A DNA stretch of 64,000 nucleotides, taken from NCBI RefSeq assembly GCF_009914755.1, contig NC_060926.1; one strand, 5' to 3'. Of this stretch, positions 44,364 through 64,000 are shown one piece after another (position 1 is the stretch's first letter; each line of letters begins with the position of its first letter). Position numbers and translations under genes: made by a program. This stretch comes from the human T2T-CHM13v2.0 reference genome, Homo sapiens. Below the pieces are notes generated by a model. It made no database searches. It was not told the origin of the DNA and saw only the letters and a program-made list of their open reading frames with translations.

Positions 44364-45946
44364 TCATATCATTGAGAAGAAGGCACCTAAAGAGGAAAAG
44401 ACTAGTGGAAGGAGACTAACTAGGATGCTATTTAAATAATAAAAACCCAATAATGAGGCTCTGAATCAGAGTGGTGGCCTGAAAGGGATCTGAAAGGAAT
44501 GACAGCATGTAAGGAGAGATGATGGAGGCAACACTTACAGGTCCTGAAAACTGCTCAAATAGGCACAAAGGAAACGAAGGATGCCTGAAAATAATGATGA
44601 TGCAAAAACTAAGCTAGGTAGGGCAGCAGGAAGAACCGGTTTGGTGGGAAGATGATGAATTTGGCTTGAGGTGCTTGGCAAGACATGCAAGTCTGCTGCA
44701 CAGGCAATGCAGGTCAGCAATTTGAGAGAAAGGTAAACTTTCACAATCCTAATTTGAGAAGCAACAGCACGGAGATGATTATGGAGCCATGAGGGCTGAG
44801 ACACTCAGCGGGGGAGACAAAAGACTAAAGAGACTCTTAGCCAGGAGAGAACTGTGGTGGTGGGAGGGGAGAGAAGGAGTGGGGGTTGGGAAGGGCAAGG
44901 AAGTGAGGAGGAGCCACTGACAATGGCAGATAAATGTTCAGAGAAGAAGACCCTAAAGACTACAGCTTTATGGCACCCAGGGCTGGACAGGCTCAGAAGA
45001 CAATGGGAATAATGTCGTGTGCTGCAGAGTCTTGGTATTGGCCTAAGTGTTGGGGGCCATAAGAATAGACCACTTTAAGTTGTTTGAGAAGAAGCAAGAT
45101 CAGTAATTCCAAGAAGTAGAAGGGTTGAGGGAAGTGTTTTCTTTCTTGGGGAGTGGCAGACAGTAATGTTTGTCAGCTGAAGAGAAGGAACCAGGGGTAA
45201 GGGAAGATTGAGGCTGCAGAGTAGAGGAAGTGGTTGTGGGAACAAGTTTGCAAAATGAGCTAAAAGGGTGGGGTTGATGTACAGAGGTAACGCTGGGAGG
45301 AAGGAAGTGTATTTCCTTTTTTGACACAGGGAGAAGGATGAGAAGGTCAGTGTGGACACAGACATTTTTGACGTGCAGAGGCAGGAAGCTGAAATCGTTC
45401 TGGGCAAATGACTCTTCTCTTCTCAAAAGAATAGGAAGTGAGGTCACCAGAAACTAAGATGGGGCAAGTGTTGGGATTACAGAATAAGGGAAGGAGCAAA
45501 ACAGCTGCTAGGAATGAGACAAGGAGTCCACCAGAAATGGGTAAACAGATTTCTGAAGACCTCTGAGAACTCCACTGAGTCTAAATTCCAGAATGTGCAG
45601 TAAAAACCACTGGTGCCATTACCCCCATGAATCAGAGGAAGCAGATGGTGGGGTCTCCCTGAGATACAATCTAGTCAGCCATCTGGATATTTCACATTAT
45701 TGCTGCAAATAAAAAGGAGGCTCATACCTTATTCATCACTGTGTTCCCAATACCCAAGACAATTAACCACACTCATACTTAACACATATTTATTGAATAA
45801 ATAAATGAATTGTGCAGCAAGATCAAAGTTCTCGTTAACTGCAGAAGGAGATATTAGAAGGAGAGAGGCAGTGTTATTACTAAGGCTGAGTCAGTACCCT
45901 GTGAGCACCTGCCAGACAGAAGGCCCCAGAACCTTGCATCCCTCTC

Positions 45947-46067
45947 CTTTTGCCTGCAGAAGCTCACCCTGCCTGGCCTAGGCCACAGAGGAGATGCATA
46001 AAAGCCCTCCACCCTCTTTCGTATGTCGCCATGCTTATCTTGCAATCTTGAGCTATAATCTGGCTGC
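45947..46067 (-). pseudogene. Candidate decayed exon C (start of a SAM-like domain)
   Basis: gattttcag| joins exon B in phase: (R)QPDYSSRLQDKHGDIRKRVEGF/MHLLCGLGQA/ELLQAK; presumed donor AAAG|GAGAGG (GT lost); an intact AGG|GTGAGC lies at 45967. Confidence 0.5.
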
Positions 46068-48014
46068 CTGAAAATCTAACAGGTGTAACATTAAGGCCAC
46101 AATCGTGGTGTGCTACAAAGATTTTATCTGCTTTTAACATTAATAAATTGTGATGATGGTGTATAAACCAGTCGTGTGAACTCAGTTCATGGGAGGCATA
46201 GTAACTCATGGGCGAGTTAATAAAACAAGTTCTAAAGCTGCATAGCTGGGCATCAGCATCAGGATCAGAGGCAATTTTCTGTAATTATACTTCTTCCAGA
46301 AACTACCTTTCTACATTGCTGAGGCTGAAGTCAAGAAATATAGAACCTAGAGCTCCTATTCATAAATATCTTGTATTTTAGCAAAAGATAGGTGCTTCTC
46401 TCAAAACAAAAACAAACAAAAAACAAAAAACAGCAGAGACCCCATAAGGAAGGCATAAAATGAAATCAATTATCATTTATATGTTGTATGAATATTTGTA
46501 GTCTGCAGACCTAAATTCTCAGAATTTCATATTTCTGGGCAGAATACACCCTTAAGGTTAAGTGACTTTGAACTTGCTGTGCTCATAGAATGCATCTTAT
46601 AGACCTCAAACTACAGGGGCATAAATGACCAGGGCTGCTGGCTGCTCTAAGTCAAAGACTGGGCACTTTAACCAGGCATTTTAAGGCAGTTCTTGGAAGA
46701 TGGGGACTTCTTCTGATGGCCAACTTTGTCTTGAGGGCTTTCCTTTGGTCTTGTGGAAACTTCTTTAGTTCACATAAGGGTCTAGGACACCTCCAGCTAG
46801 TCTTTCTTCCCTTTCTCCTTCACTCAAGTCAGACTTGCATGGGGTCTAATGTTTCTCTCAACCTTTCCCAGCTTCCTCTCTGTTATCTCTCACAGGCATA
46901 ATAAAATCCTTGCCCTATTCATTCCATCTTGGAGTCTGCTTCTTGGAGGACTTGGACGGACGTAGAACCTTTGCATCAGAGCCCAGAGGCCGAGAGAGGC
47001 TGATGGCAGGTGAGAGTTTCCGTAGCATTGCTGTAGCCACTGTATAGGCTTATGCATTTGGAAATCAGCAAAACATCATTAGCAAACAAGCAAATACGTC
47101 TGCACACCCAATTTCCCTTCCCTCTGACTGAGAAATAGATATTCCTAGAGTAGTTGGCCTGGAAGCAGAGACTGACCAAGCTGAGGAGGGCTGGGCTGCC
47201 CCACCAGCCTTGGAGCCCTGCTCTCTGAACCTGCTCTGAGATCAGTGGGAGAATGCAGCCTTTGTTCAGCCCATTTGCAAGTCTCCCCACCCCCGCCGGC
47301 AGGACCAGGCGGGTGAGCTCAGCGTGCTGGGTGTCTGCTAGGCGTTCCTGGCCAGGCCTATTTCCTTTTCTTCTGGTACGAGCATGACTATTTTGCTTTG
47401 TGGAAATAGTCTTCCACACAGGACTAGTTTTGATGGATAGCACTCAAGTGCTTCCTTTTCTTTTGGTCAAAGTTTGGGTAAGTAACTCAGTGTAGTGCAA
47501 AGCAGGGCCCTCTCTCAGAACCTGAACTAGAGCAGCACAAAACTGGAAATTGTTGAAGAATCATGCAGGGGCCAGAACCCTGAAGCGCCACTCCCTGTGC
47601 TCCTGTGTAAAGCTAGTTGCTCTGCTTCTGCCCTTCAGAAGCCAGGAATTTCAGCTCGCAAGATCGTCCTCCTTCTCCTCCCCAGGGGTAAATAAAGCTT
47701 GCCCAGAATTACATAGGTAGGGAGTGTCGGGTTAGCACATATAGTCAATCTGCCAGACTCAGCAGTGCCATGCTAGGATCTCCCAAACCACTCCTCAGAA
47801 AGCTTACCCTGGCCTTAGATGATCTGCATCCCACCATTTATACTCTGTGGTACCTGGGCTTCCTTGTCCATGTCTCTAGCATGAAGATGTTGGCTTCCCT
47901 GCCTCCTAATAGCTACTCATTCCCTCCTCAAATTTTCTCTTTCTGTGAGAAATTGTGGATAGAAAATAGAATGTAAGACAAACTCACATTTCCTCTGTGC
48001 TTAAGATGTGGCAG

Positions 48015-48150
48015 GCCCTATTCTAAGCACTTTATATGCATGAACTCATTTAATCCTCATAACAACCTGAGGCACCATGTTGACCCATTTTACGGGTGAG
48101 AAAACTGAGGCACAGAAAGTCCTGAGTAACCACATGGCTAGTGAGTGGCA
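48015..48150 (-). mobile_element. MIR
   Basis: tttaatcctcataacaacc...cccattttacgggtgagaaaactgaggcacaga. Confidence 0.75.
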
Positions 48151-48779
48151 GGTCTGCTAAATGCAGCACATTCTGCTGCAACAGAGGCTCCTTGAGGGCA
48201 TGGGATTCGTTTGGCTCACAACTGCATCTACTGTGCATTTGGCATAAAGTAGATGCTTGATAAATGTCAGAACACATGAATAAACATGTTTAAAAAATAA
48301 GATAAAAAAAGAAGCAATGAATGAATGGATAGGGATGGGAAAGAAGGTCTAATTTTCTCCAAGTCTAATTCGGTGGTGTTTTGGTTTTCTTGATGCTTAT
48401 TTGTTTTTATTTATTTTTCTTTTTTTTTAATCCTGCTCCTTCTGTAGATGCTCATTTGGGTTCTCATTACTTCTCAGGTAGGCTCTGGGTGTTTTAAGGA
48501 AATTCCTGAATTAGTCCCCCTTTTCCCAGCTGATGTAAAGGTATGATTTCTGAACCTGCTTCATTACAGTAACTATGTAAGAGCCCAATGGTGCAAGCAC
48601 TTAGATGAAAAATAGATGTCGTTTATTTCACCAGGATTTAGATCAGGAAGCCTCTAAGGGTTGTGAGATGATGTGTTAGGGCCCACATAACCTAGTTCTC
48701 ATGGGGAGTTTTCCATTCTTATGGGGAGTTTTCTATGATCAGTTCATTGAGGAAAAACCCAAACAAAACTTGGGCTTAG

Positions 48780-49127
<348 letters not shown>

Positions 49128-49675
49128 TACAAGGAAATCTTAGACCCAGCTTCCTGGATGGAGAAGTGGCCAAAGAGATGGTCTCCCCTGATACCAGTGT
49201 GGGTGGTGGCTAACTTTACAATTTGGTCTTCAGTTTACAGAATACCGAGGCAGGAACTAATATTACCTAGAGTAGGATACAGTGGCTGATGGGACGTCTG
49301 GTTTCCCCTTTTCAGGGGGAAAGTGAGAGTATCTTTATTTCTGCAAAGTATAACTGCATCTTGTAAGGCAGAGCGTTTGGCTTGTTAGGTCTTTTAGCTG
49401 TCTGTACCTTGAAGGGTGCAGGTGCTGAGTAGTCAAAGCAGTGGGCTGTGCCCGTTATTGGCCAATTGTCTCCTACAGCCACAGTGGATCTTTTCTACTT
49501 GGCTCTGCGGTGTTAAGGCTGGGAGTTTGCAAATTCTCTTGGGTGTGGGATCTGGGTGTCCCAGGCTCTCTTGCCAGCAGACTTACTGTTAGATTCTACC
49601 AATAGGAGGTACTAGTGGGAGCTCCAAAGGTAGGAAGGGAGAAATTGCACTTTTTAAATAGGTGAAATCTAATAA

Positions 49676-51685
<2,010 letters not shown>

Positions 51686-52044
51686 TTAGAAGAAAACAAA
51701 TGTCTACCAGAATTAGCATTGCTCTTCCTCATATGTTGTTAATGATTTCCTAATGTCAAATTATGAGAACCATCATTATAAGTTTGTTTGGAAATTTAAA
51801 TTCTCATGTATTGGAAGAATATATCCTTTTTACTTTGTATTTTATCTTTAATCTAGGTTGTGAATTTCAAAACAGATAGTCCTGTTTTGTTTTATCAAAA
51901 AAATCACATTTTTATAGTAGTGATGCCAATTTATAGCAAGAAGAGCTCTTTTTATTGTATGTGGGGATCCTGGCTACATCAGACTTTCTCTCATTTCTCC
52001 CCATTTTTACTATTTAGGCCTCTGGCATAAAGAATAAAAGTCAG

Positions 52045-55080
<3,036 letters not shown>

Positions 55081-55196
55081 TGATATGGTTTGGCTGTGTG
55101 TCCCCACCCAAATCTCATGTTGAATTCTGATCTTTAGTGCTGGAGGAGGGGCCTAGCGGGAGGTGATCGGATCATGGAAGTGGATATCCCCCTTGC
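55081..55196 (+). mobile_element. MST (MaLR) LTR 5' fragment
   Basis: tgatatggtttggctgtgtgtccccacccaaatctcatgttgaatt is the MST start. Confidence 0.8.
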
Positions 55197-55472
55197 GATA
55201 AGGCAGGGGGTCCGTTGAGCTGATGAACACACAAGCCATCTGCAGACGGCAAATCTAAAAGAGCTTGGTAACACACGCCCACTTGGGCGTTAGGAGTTGA
55301 AGACACCCATCCTTAGATGCTGCTGTGGGGCCAGAGCCCAAAAGGGCTTGGGTGGGCCTCTGCACCTGCCTATCTGCATGCTGCCTTTAGGGTTTTGAGC
55401 TGCAGGGCAACCAAGCAGGCGACACCCCTGTCACATGTCCTATGAGGGGAATCAGGGAATTCTCCTGTTTCA
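55197..55472 (+). mobile_element. ERV1 LTR 3' half (LTR1/LTR9-like)
   Basis: gagctgatgaacacacaagccatctgcagacggc...cagggaattctcctgtttca end. Confidence 0.6.
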
Positions 55473-55625
55473 TTGGAGCCTAACATAAATCCTATTTGTA
55501 TTACTAACCTGAGGAATGTGAATATGCTGTTACACTAAAACACACAACAACAAAATCTTCCACAAGTTTGCATTCATATGAACTTACTGAAGTAGATAAT
55601 ATCTTCATTAAATAAGGAATAGTAT

Positions 55626-56271
55626 TGTTATACCCAAGCAAGTTAGAGAAAACGCCACACTTTGAGATGAATTAAGAGTCCTTTATTTAAGCCGGTGGCC
55701 AAAGAGACGGCTAACACTCAAAATTCCCTCAGCCCTGAGGAAGGGGCTTGATTAACTTTTATACCTTGGTTTAGGTAGGGGAGGGGAGCTCAAATGCAAT
55801 AATTCTACAGAAGTAAAAACATGCAAGAATCAAAAAACAAATGGTTACAGAGAGATAAACAATTTAAAAGACAAATGGTTACAAAAAAAGCAACGGAACA
55901 GTTGCGGGGCTCTAAATCCTTTATTAGAGTTAGATATGGATGCTATGCCGGACACAGACTCAAGGCTTTATGTTGTTATCTTTTGAGCAAAATCCTGGGA
56001 ACTTCATACATGTTGTTCGTTCCAGTACCTTATCAGTTAATTGGGCTCCTTTGAAATGCTGAGGATCTGCTTACACAGGTTAACTCCTTGAGGAAGGGGG
56101 TTGGGTAAGTAGCCCTTAATGTCTTGTAAATCAAGGGGCCAAATGTAGTTTGTCCGGCTTTCCCAGCTAAGGGAGAGTCTTACTCATATGAGAAACAAGG
56201 CTAGGTAATTAAGGAGACAAAAAGGGAAATTTGAAAATAGGGTTCGTAAAAAAACAAGGTTAGGCATTACA
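55626..56271 (-). mobile_element. ERV1 solo LTR6 (HERVS71/HERV-T group)
   Basis: Minus strand TGTAATGCCTAACCTTG...AATAAAGGACTC...TATAACA; exact 4-bp TSD GTAT (55622-55625, 56272-56275). Confidence 0.8.
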
Positions 56272-56717
56272 GTATCATATTTATTTTTACCTGGATTTGA
56301 ACTCCCTAGAAATTCTAGCAATGTGCATAATATGCATTGCTGGCCTTAGAAACTATATGATGTAATACATGTTTGTTGTTTTAAGCTGTTACATTTTTGG
56401 GGGTAATTTGTTACACAGCAATAGATAATGAAAACAGTTAGATATAATCTAGATTACTTAAGCAGAGTATTTGGAAATTGTTGGTTGCCATGGCAGGACA
56501 TCCCGGGACTTAATGAGTAGTTATAATTAAATCAATATATAATACATTGTTGGAGATAGAGTATCTTATGGCTTATAGTACAATGTCTTGAAATACAGCT
56601 TCATCAGTGATATTAAGCATTTCCCCATCCCTGTCTCCTAGCAGGAGAGAGGCACTACGTCTGGATTATGAGAGCAACTTGTCTGCATTGTCTGTTGGAA
56701 AATAAAGATGAACTTAC

Positions 56718-57623
56718 TTGCCTGTTTCTGAATTTAGGTGAATAGTACCTTCTGTTTGCATGCTCATCGAACAACTCTGAATAATCACTTGGCTTTCCTG
56801 GTGGCTAGGAAGGTGTGTGGGGTGCCCTGGTTATGAAGTGCGAGCATTTAGGTCTGTGGATGCTGTCCTAGCCAAAGGCCATCAGGACAGATCTGATGGA
56901 CAGGACAGAAGTCCAATGAAATCAGGCTTATTGGCTCTTGGAAATGAGGGAGACTGCATGTCAGTGGAACTACTGGGCATTTCACCAAAGAAAGAAGAGA
57001 CAAGGTTCTTTGATTTGGGGGAAGGGAGGCCCTTAGGTAAAATTTAAATGAAGCAATGTTTTGATGGAGTCCAGGCAAACAGGCTGTGGGTTAGGGTTCA
57101 GCATTGGGCCTAAACTGCAAAGTTCTCTGTTTCTTGGAAATTAGGAAGTTAAGATAGCTTTGCTGTGTTGTGTTTAGAAGCCCTTGTCTGCAGCCTGCAT
57201 CTGAGTGGGAGATTGAGGCTGCTTCTCTATGTTGAAAGACTTGGATCCTCCAGGCAAAAGTGGATCATTTCATTTTTACTGATTTGATTTTAAGCAGCTA
57301 AGTTTCTGAGTGCGTAAGACTTCAGAACAAGGTTTCTCACTGAGGCAGAAAGCAGAAATCACTCAAAACAGGGTTGGTGACATTTTACAGATGTAGCATG
57401 ACCCTGGGACAAACATTGTTTCCAGTTAACTTTGCAGCAGCCTTTGTCTGTGTTAGGCTAGCCTGATTCATAGCAGGGAAGATTTTTCCTTTCTCAATCT
57501 GACTTGATTTTTACTTTCTCAATAAAATGTCTGGAAGGAGAATTGCTTGGGTCTTTATAAAAATATCACCAGCTGCTTTTGCAGAATATAGTACACCACT
57601 GATGAATACAATAAAAAAATTTT
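56718..57623 (-). pseudogene. Candidate decayed large exon A of an intergenic relic gene (S/P-rich)
   Basis: ~900 bp repeat-free; acceptor ttttttgtttggtttttaacag|, donor AA|GTAAGT (or AG|GCAAGT at 56722); coding-like stretches LPKGLPSPKSKNLVSSFFGEMPSSSTDMQSPSFPR and PPGKPSDYSELFDEHANRRYYSPKFRN, broken by stops and frameshifts. Confidence 0.45.
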
Positions 57624-57697
57624 CTGTTAAAAACCAAACAAAAAACCCAAAACATTCATACTTTTTTTTTTTTTTGTACCCAAACACTTTTAGGTCA

Positions 57698-58041
<344 letters not shown>

Positions 58042-59062
58042 TATTAAAAATGGCTCTCATACTAAGACAGATCCAGAGCCTGGTTTCAGAAGTAATTAAA
58101 ATATAATAAGATGACACAGGAAATGTGAAATGTGGTTATGATAGAACAAATGCCTTCATTCCATGAGAAACTAAGAGATCAGTGCCCTGAAAATGTCTGT
58201 TAGGAGGCATGTCAGTCAGCGTCCAATCAGGAAACCAAACACACTATTTCAAACAGAGAGAGATTTAATCCAGGGGATTCGCTATAGAGAGGTTGGTAGG
58301 GACGACAAAGCAAAAGACCCAAGAAAGGAAGGGGCGGAGCCGGGGCGGGGCCAAAGCTCCCCAGCCTGGCTAGAGGCCATCATGAGTCCCACTGAAGTTA
58401 TGGTTCTTGTAGGTATCATTGAATTAAAATCAAAATTTCAATCACAATAGAATACCAAAATATACATAAATACGCCAGGGTAAGACTATTGGGTGGTAGT
58501 TGAGAGCATGAACCTGGGCTCACAATGGACCAGTTATTACCTGTGTGATTCTGGGCAGCTTCTGAGTTGGCAATTAGCGAGAATAGGAGGACTTGCCTCA
58601 CAGGGTCGCCGTGAGGACCAGGGAAGACACGGCTTGTGAAGGATGCAGATGGAGCCTGGTCTCGGTCCGCTGGAGCTGCTCCTCCCTGAGCCTGGGGCCA
58701 TTGCCAGGGACAGCCACTGTCGAGAGCAGGGAGAGGGTGGGGTGCTGAGAACGGAAGGAAGAGAGGGAAAACTCAAGGAGGGGAAAATAGGTCTGACTGC
58801 GTTCTGGAAACCCCCAAAGCATTGAGAGGAGAGAAAGGAGGTTGGAGTCAGTCATGGGTTTAATACCTGCTCAGCCTCCTCCCTGGCCCTGGAAGCCCAG
58901 GAGCGCAGGTCTGTGAGTTTGCTGAACCTCAGGTTTAGCATGTGAAAAACTGAAGCATTTCTTTCTTGCAGGGTGGATGTGAACACCAGATGAGGTTAAT
59001 GTCTGCACCTAGCTCCTGGCAGGATGCTGGGCTCTGGGAAAGGCGAGGTTTCTAAGATGGAG

Positions 59063-59076
59063 CCACCAGGGGGCGC
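59063..59076 (+). promoter_or_regulatory. CTCF core motif
   Basis: CCACCAGGGGGCGC matches the CTCF core consensus and sits in a locally CpG-enriched unique region. Confidence 0.8.
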
Positions 59077-60088
59077 AGTGGTTCTTTTCCTTGGCTGCAG
59101 TGAAAAATTGCCAGGCTTGCAAACCCGGGAGCTGATCAGAAACTCCGGGAGGCTCAGGGGCTAATCTGGAAGTGGTTAGAAGGGTGGGAGACCTCAGTGA
59201 GGCGGGGTAAGAAGGCGAGGGAGGGAGTCGCGGGGGAGCAGGAAAAAATGAAGCGTGTCCGTAAGGCTACCCACTGAGACCTGGGCAGGGGCTCCGGCCC
59301 AAAGCCCTCAGAAAACGAACTCATCCGTTCTTTCTAGTCATTTGCTGAGCACCTACCAGGAGCCATAAATGGCCGTGTGCAAAATCAGCCCCTCTACTGG
59401 CTCCCAGTCTTGCTAAGGCGACTGACACGTGGACAAATGTCATCTATACGATATGCAAATGAGAAGTCCTATAATGCCACCATATCCTATAATGCCGTAA
59501 CCTTTACGGCATGCCAGGCATTGCATAATAATTATCCCATTTTACACGGGACGAAACTGAGATTCGAAGGATTCACTCAGTCCCGAAATTCACAAAGCTA
59601 AGAAACAGTGGATTCAAGCTACGTTAGTCTATTATAAAGCTATGTTCATGCTTTGCAGATCATTCCTCCTCCGGTAAAGCAACACGAAACACGAAACAAC
59701 CCTGCTCCTTGAAAGTTCACATCAGTAGCCCTCAGCAGTAGCCGACAAGCAGGATGGCGGCACCCTCCCCTACCCGCATGGCTCCCAGTCAGCCTCTTCC
59801 CTCCTCTCTGCTCGTCTCGCCCCTCCTGCTCACCTTCACTGTGACTGCGGCATCTGGCTCACCCCAGCCACCATGTTCCCGGTCACCTCCACCGTCCATT
59901 GCCACAGCTTCAGCCTGGCCTTGTCATCGCTGTCATCTCTCTGGAACTGGGCGTTCACATGTCTCACTGTGGACAATGGTGGGCCTTCCAGATCGTGGTC
60001 TCAGGTCCCCCACTGCGGCTGTCACAGCCGCCTGCTGCCTGCACTACCTTCCTTCCCACCCTATCCGCTCTTAGAAAACACCCTAAAC

Positions 60089-60663
<575 letters not shown>

Positions 60664-61796
60664 GGAAAAGAAAACACCTTAAATGCCCCCTTGCTTCCCC
60701 TTCTTCCATCACACCTGTCTCTACCTGGGATGAGTCTGGACCCCGGCTCCTGCCCACATCCAGGCCGGGGAACCCTGCCCTGGAAAACCATCCAGCAGGG
60801 CAGGCAGGAGGAGGAAGGGGCTGCAGCCACTGGAGGAATTCTCCAGGGAGTTGAGGGAGTGCTCATTGGAGAGAGCCCATTTCCCCGGGAGCATATAGGA
60901 GAGGGTGGGAGACAGCTGCAGGGAAAGCCCTGCTACAAGGAGGGCCTAGTCAGGGATGGCAGCCCTTGGATTTAAGGCCAAAGCAATCCTTGTGAATGTT
61001 ATTCAGCTGCAGAGATGAATGCTGAATTTATCCAGGCTGGAGTTTGCCACGTGGTTCTGATGAAAACAGTGGGGATGCTGAGACTACTGGCTGAAGGGAT
61101 GGGGCACTGAATCTACATAATGATGACCTGGGGTCCAAGCGTGCTTGTTTACTTACTGTTTAGAAACCATTTGTATCTTGAGTGCAGGGCATGGCCGTGT
61201 TCTCCACTGCAATCCCATCCTGTTGTCGGTCACCTTCCTGAGCAAGTGCTCTGGCGGCAGGGGAGAAAGGCTGGAAGGACAGAAGTGTGGGTGGAGATGT
61301 CTGAGTGCATGGTCAGAAGTGGGTCACCCTGGAGATGGCCTGCTCCAGGGGGTGGCCCAGGATGTGGGAGACTGAGAGGTGGCGTCAAGGGAGGGGTACC
61401 AACCTCTTTCAGTATGGTAGTATTTTCCTGACTTTACCACTGAGAGCCCCACGTTCCAGGAACCTCCCCATTCCTAGGTGAACCAGGCCAGTTTGCCACC
61501 CTAAGTGGAGGACAAGAATATCCTGGAGAAGCCAGGGTGTTGGCAGGTGGTCTGTGGAAGCTACAGTCACACAGGGTTGACCTCGTGGGCACACATCATT
61601 TTTTGCCACACTTTGTATGTGTGACCCCTTGTGCATGTTTGTTCATCTGTGGGATGGGGCTTTTTCCTAGCCCTGAACTCCAGGAATAACAACTATGTTG
61701 AAAATGGCAAATATTTTCAAGAGTGGGAATACCAAAGCATGGCTACATTGGCATTTTTGAGTCTGCAAATTAGGTGCATTTTATGCAGAGCCTTAA

Positions 61797-64000
<2,204 letters not shown>

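Overview
Human (primate) genomic DNA, Alu-dense; from recalled synteny it is chr2q11.2. Positions 1-25.4 kb hold the 5' five exons of RNF149 on the minus strand (PA-TM-RING E3 ligase; exons 460/251/69/83/97 nt, all GT-AG, phases consistent), with its CpG-island promoter near 25.4 kb and the MIR5696 hairpin about 0.75 kb upstream. The rest looks intergenic: a 5'-truncated L1PA with TSD, three ERV1 solo LTRs, old L1M/L2/MIR/MER fragments, many Alus, a consensus CTCF site at 59.06 kb and probably the CREG2 3' UTR end at about 62.25 kb. The main unexplained signal is a chain of repeat-free, splice-site-bounded segments on the minus strand (about 57.6 kb to 29.3 kb). Their reading phases match across five consecutive junctions, and the stop/frameshift-repaired translation reads as tandem SAM-like domains. 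I interpret this as a decayed multi-exon gene (candidate unitary pseudogene); this is manual inference and needs homology and synteny checks. Also notable are a TSD-flanked ~0.5 kb templated duplication in RNF149 intron 3 and an 87-bp x3 tandem repeat in intron 1.
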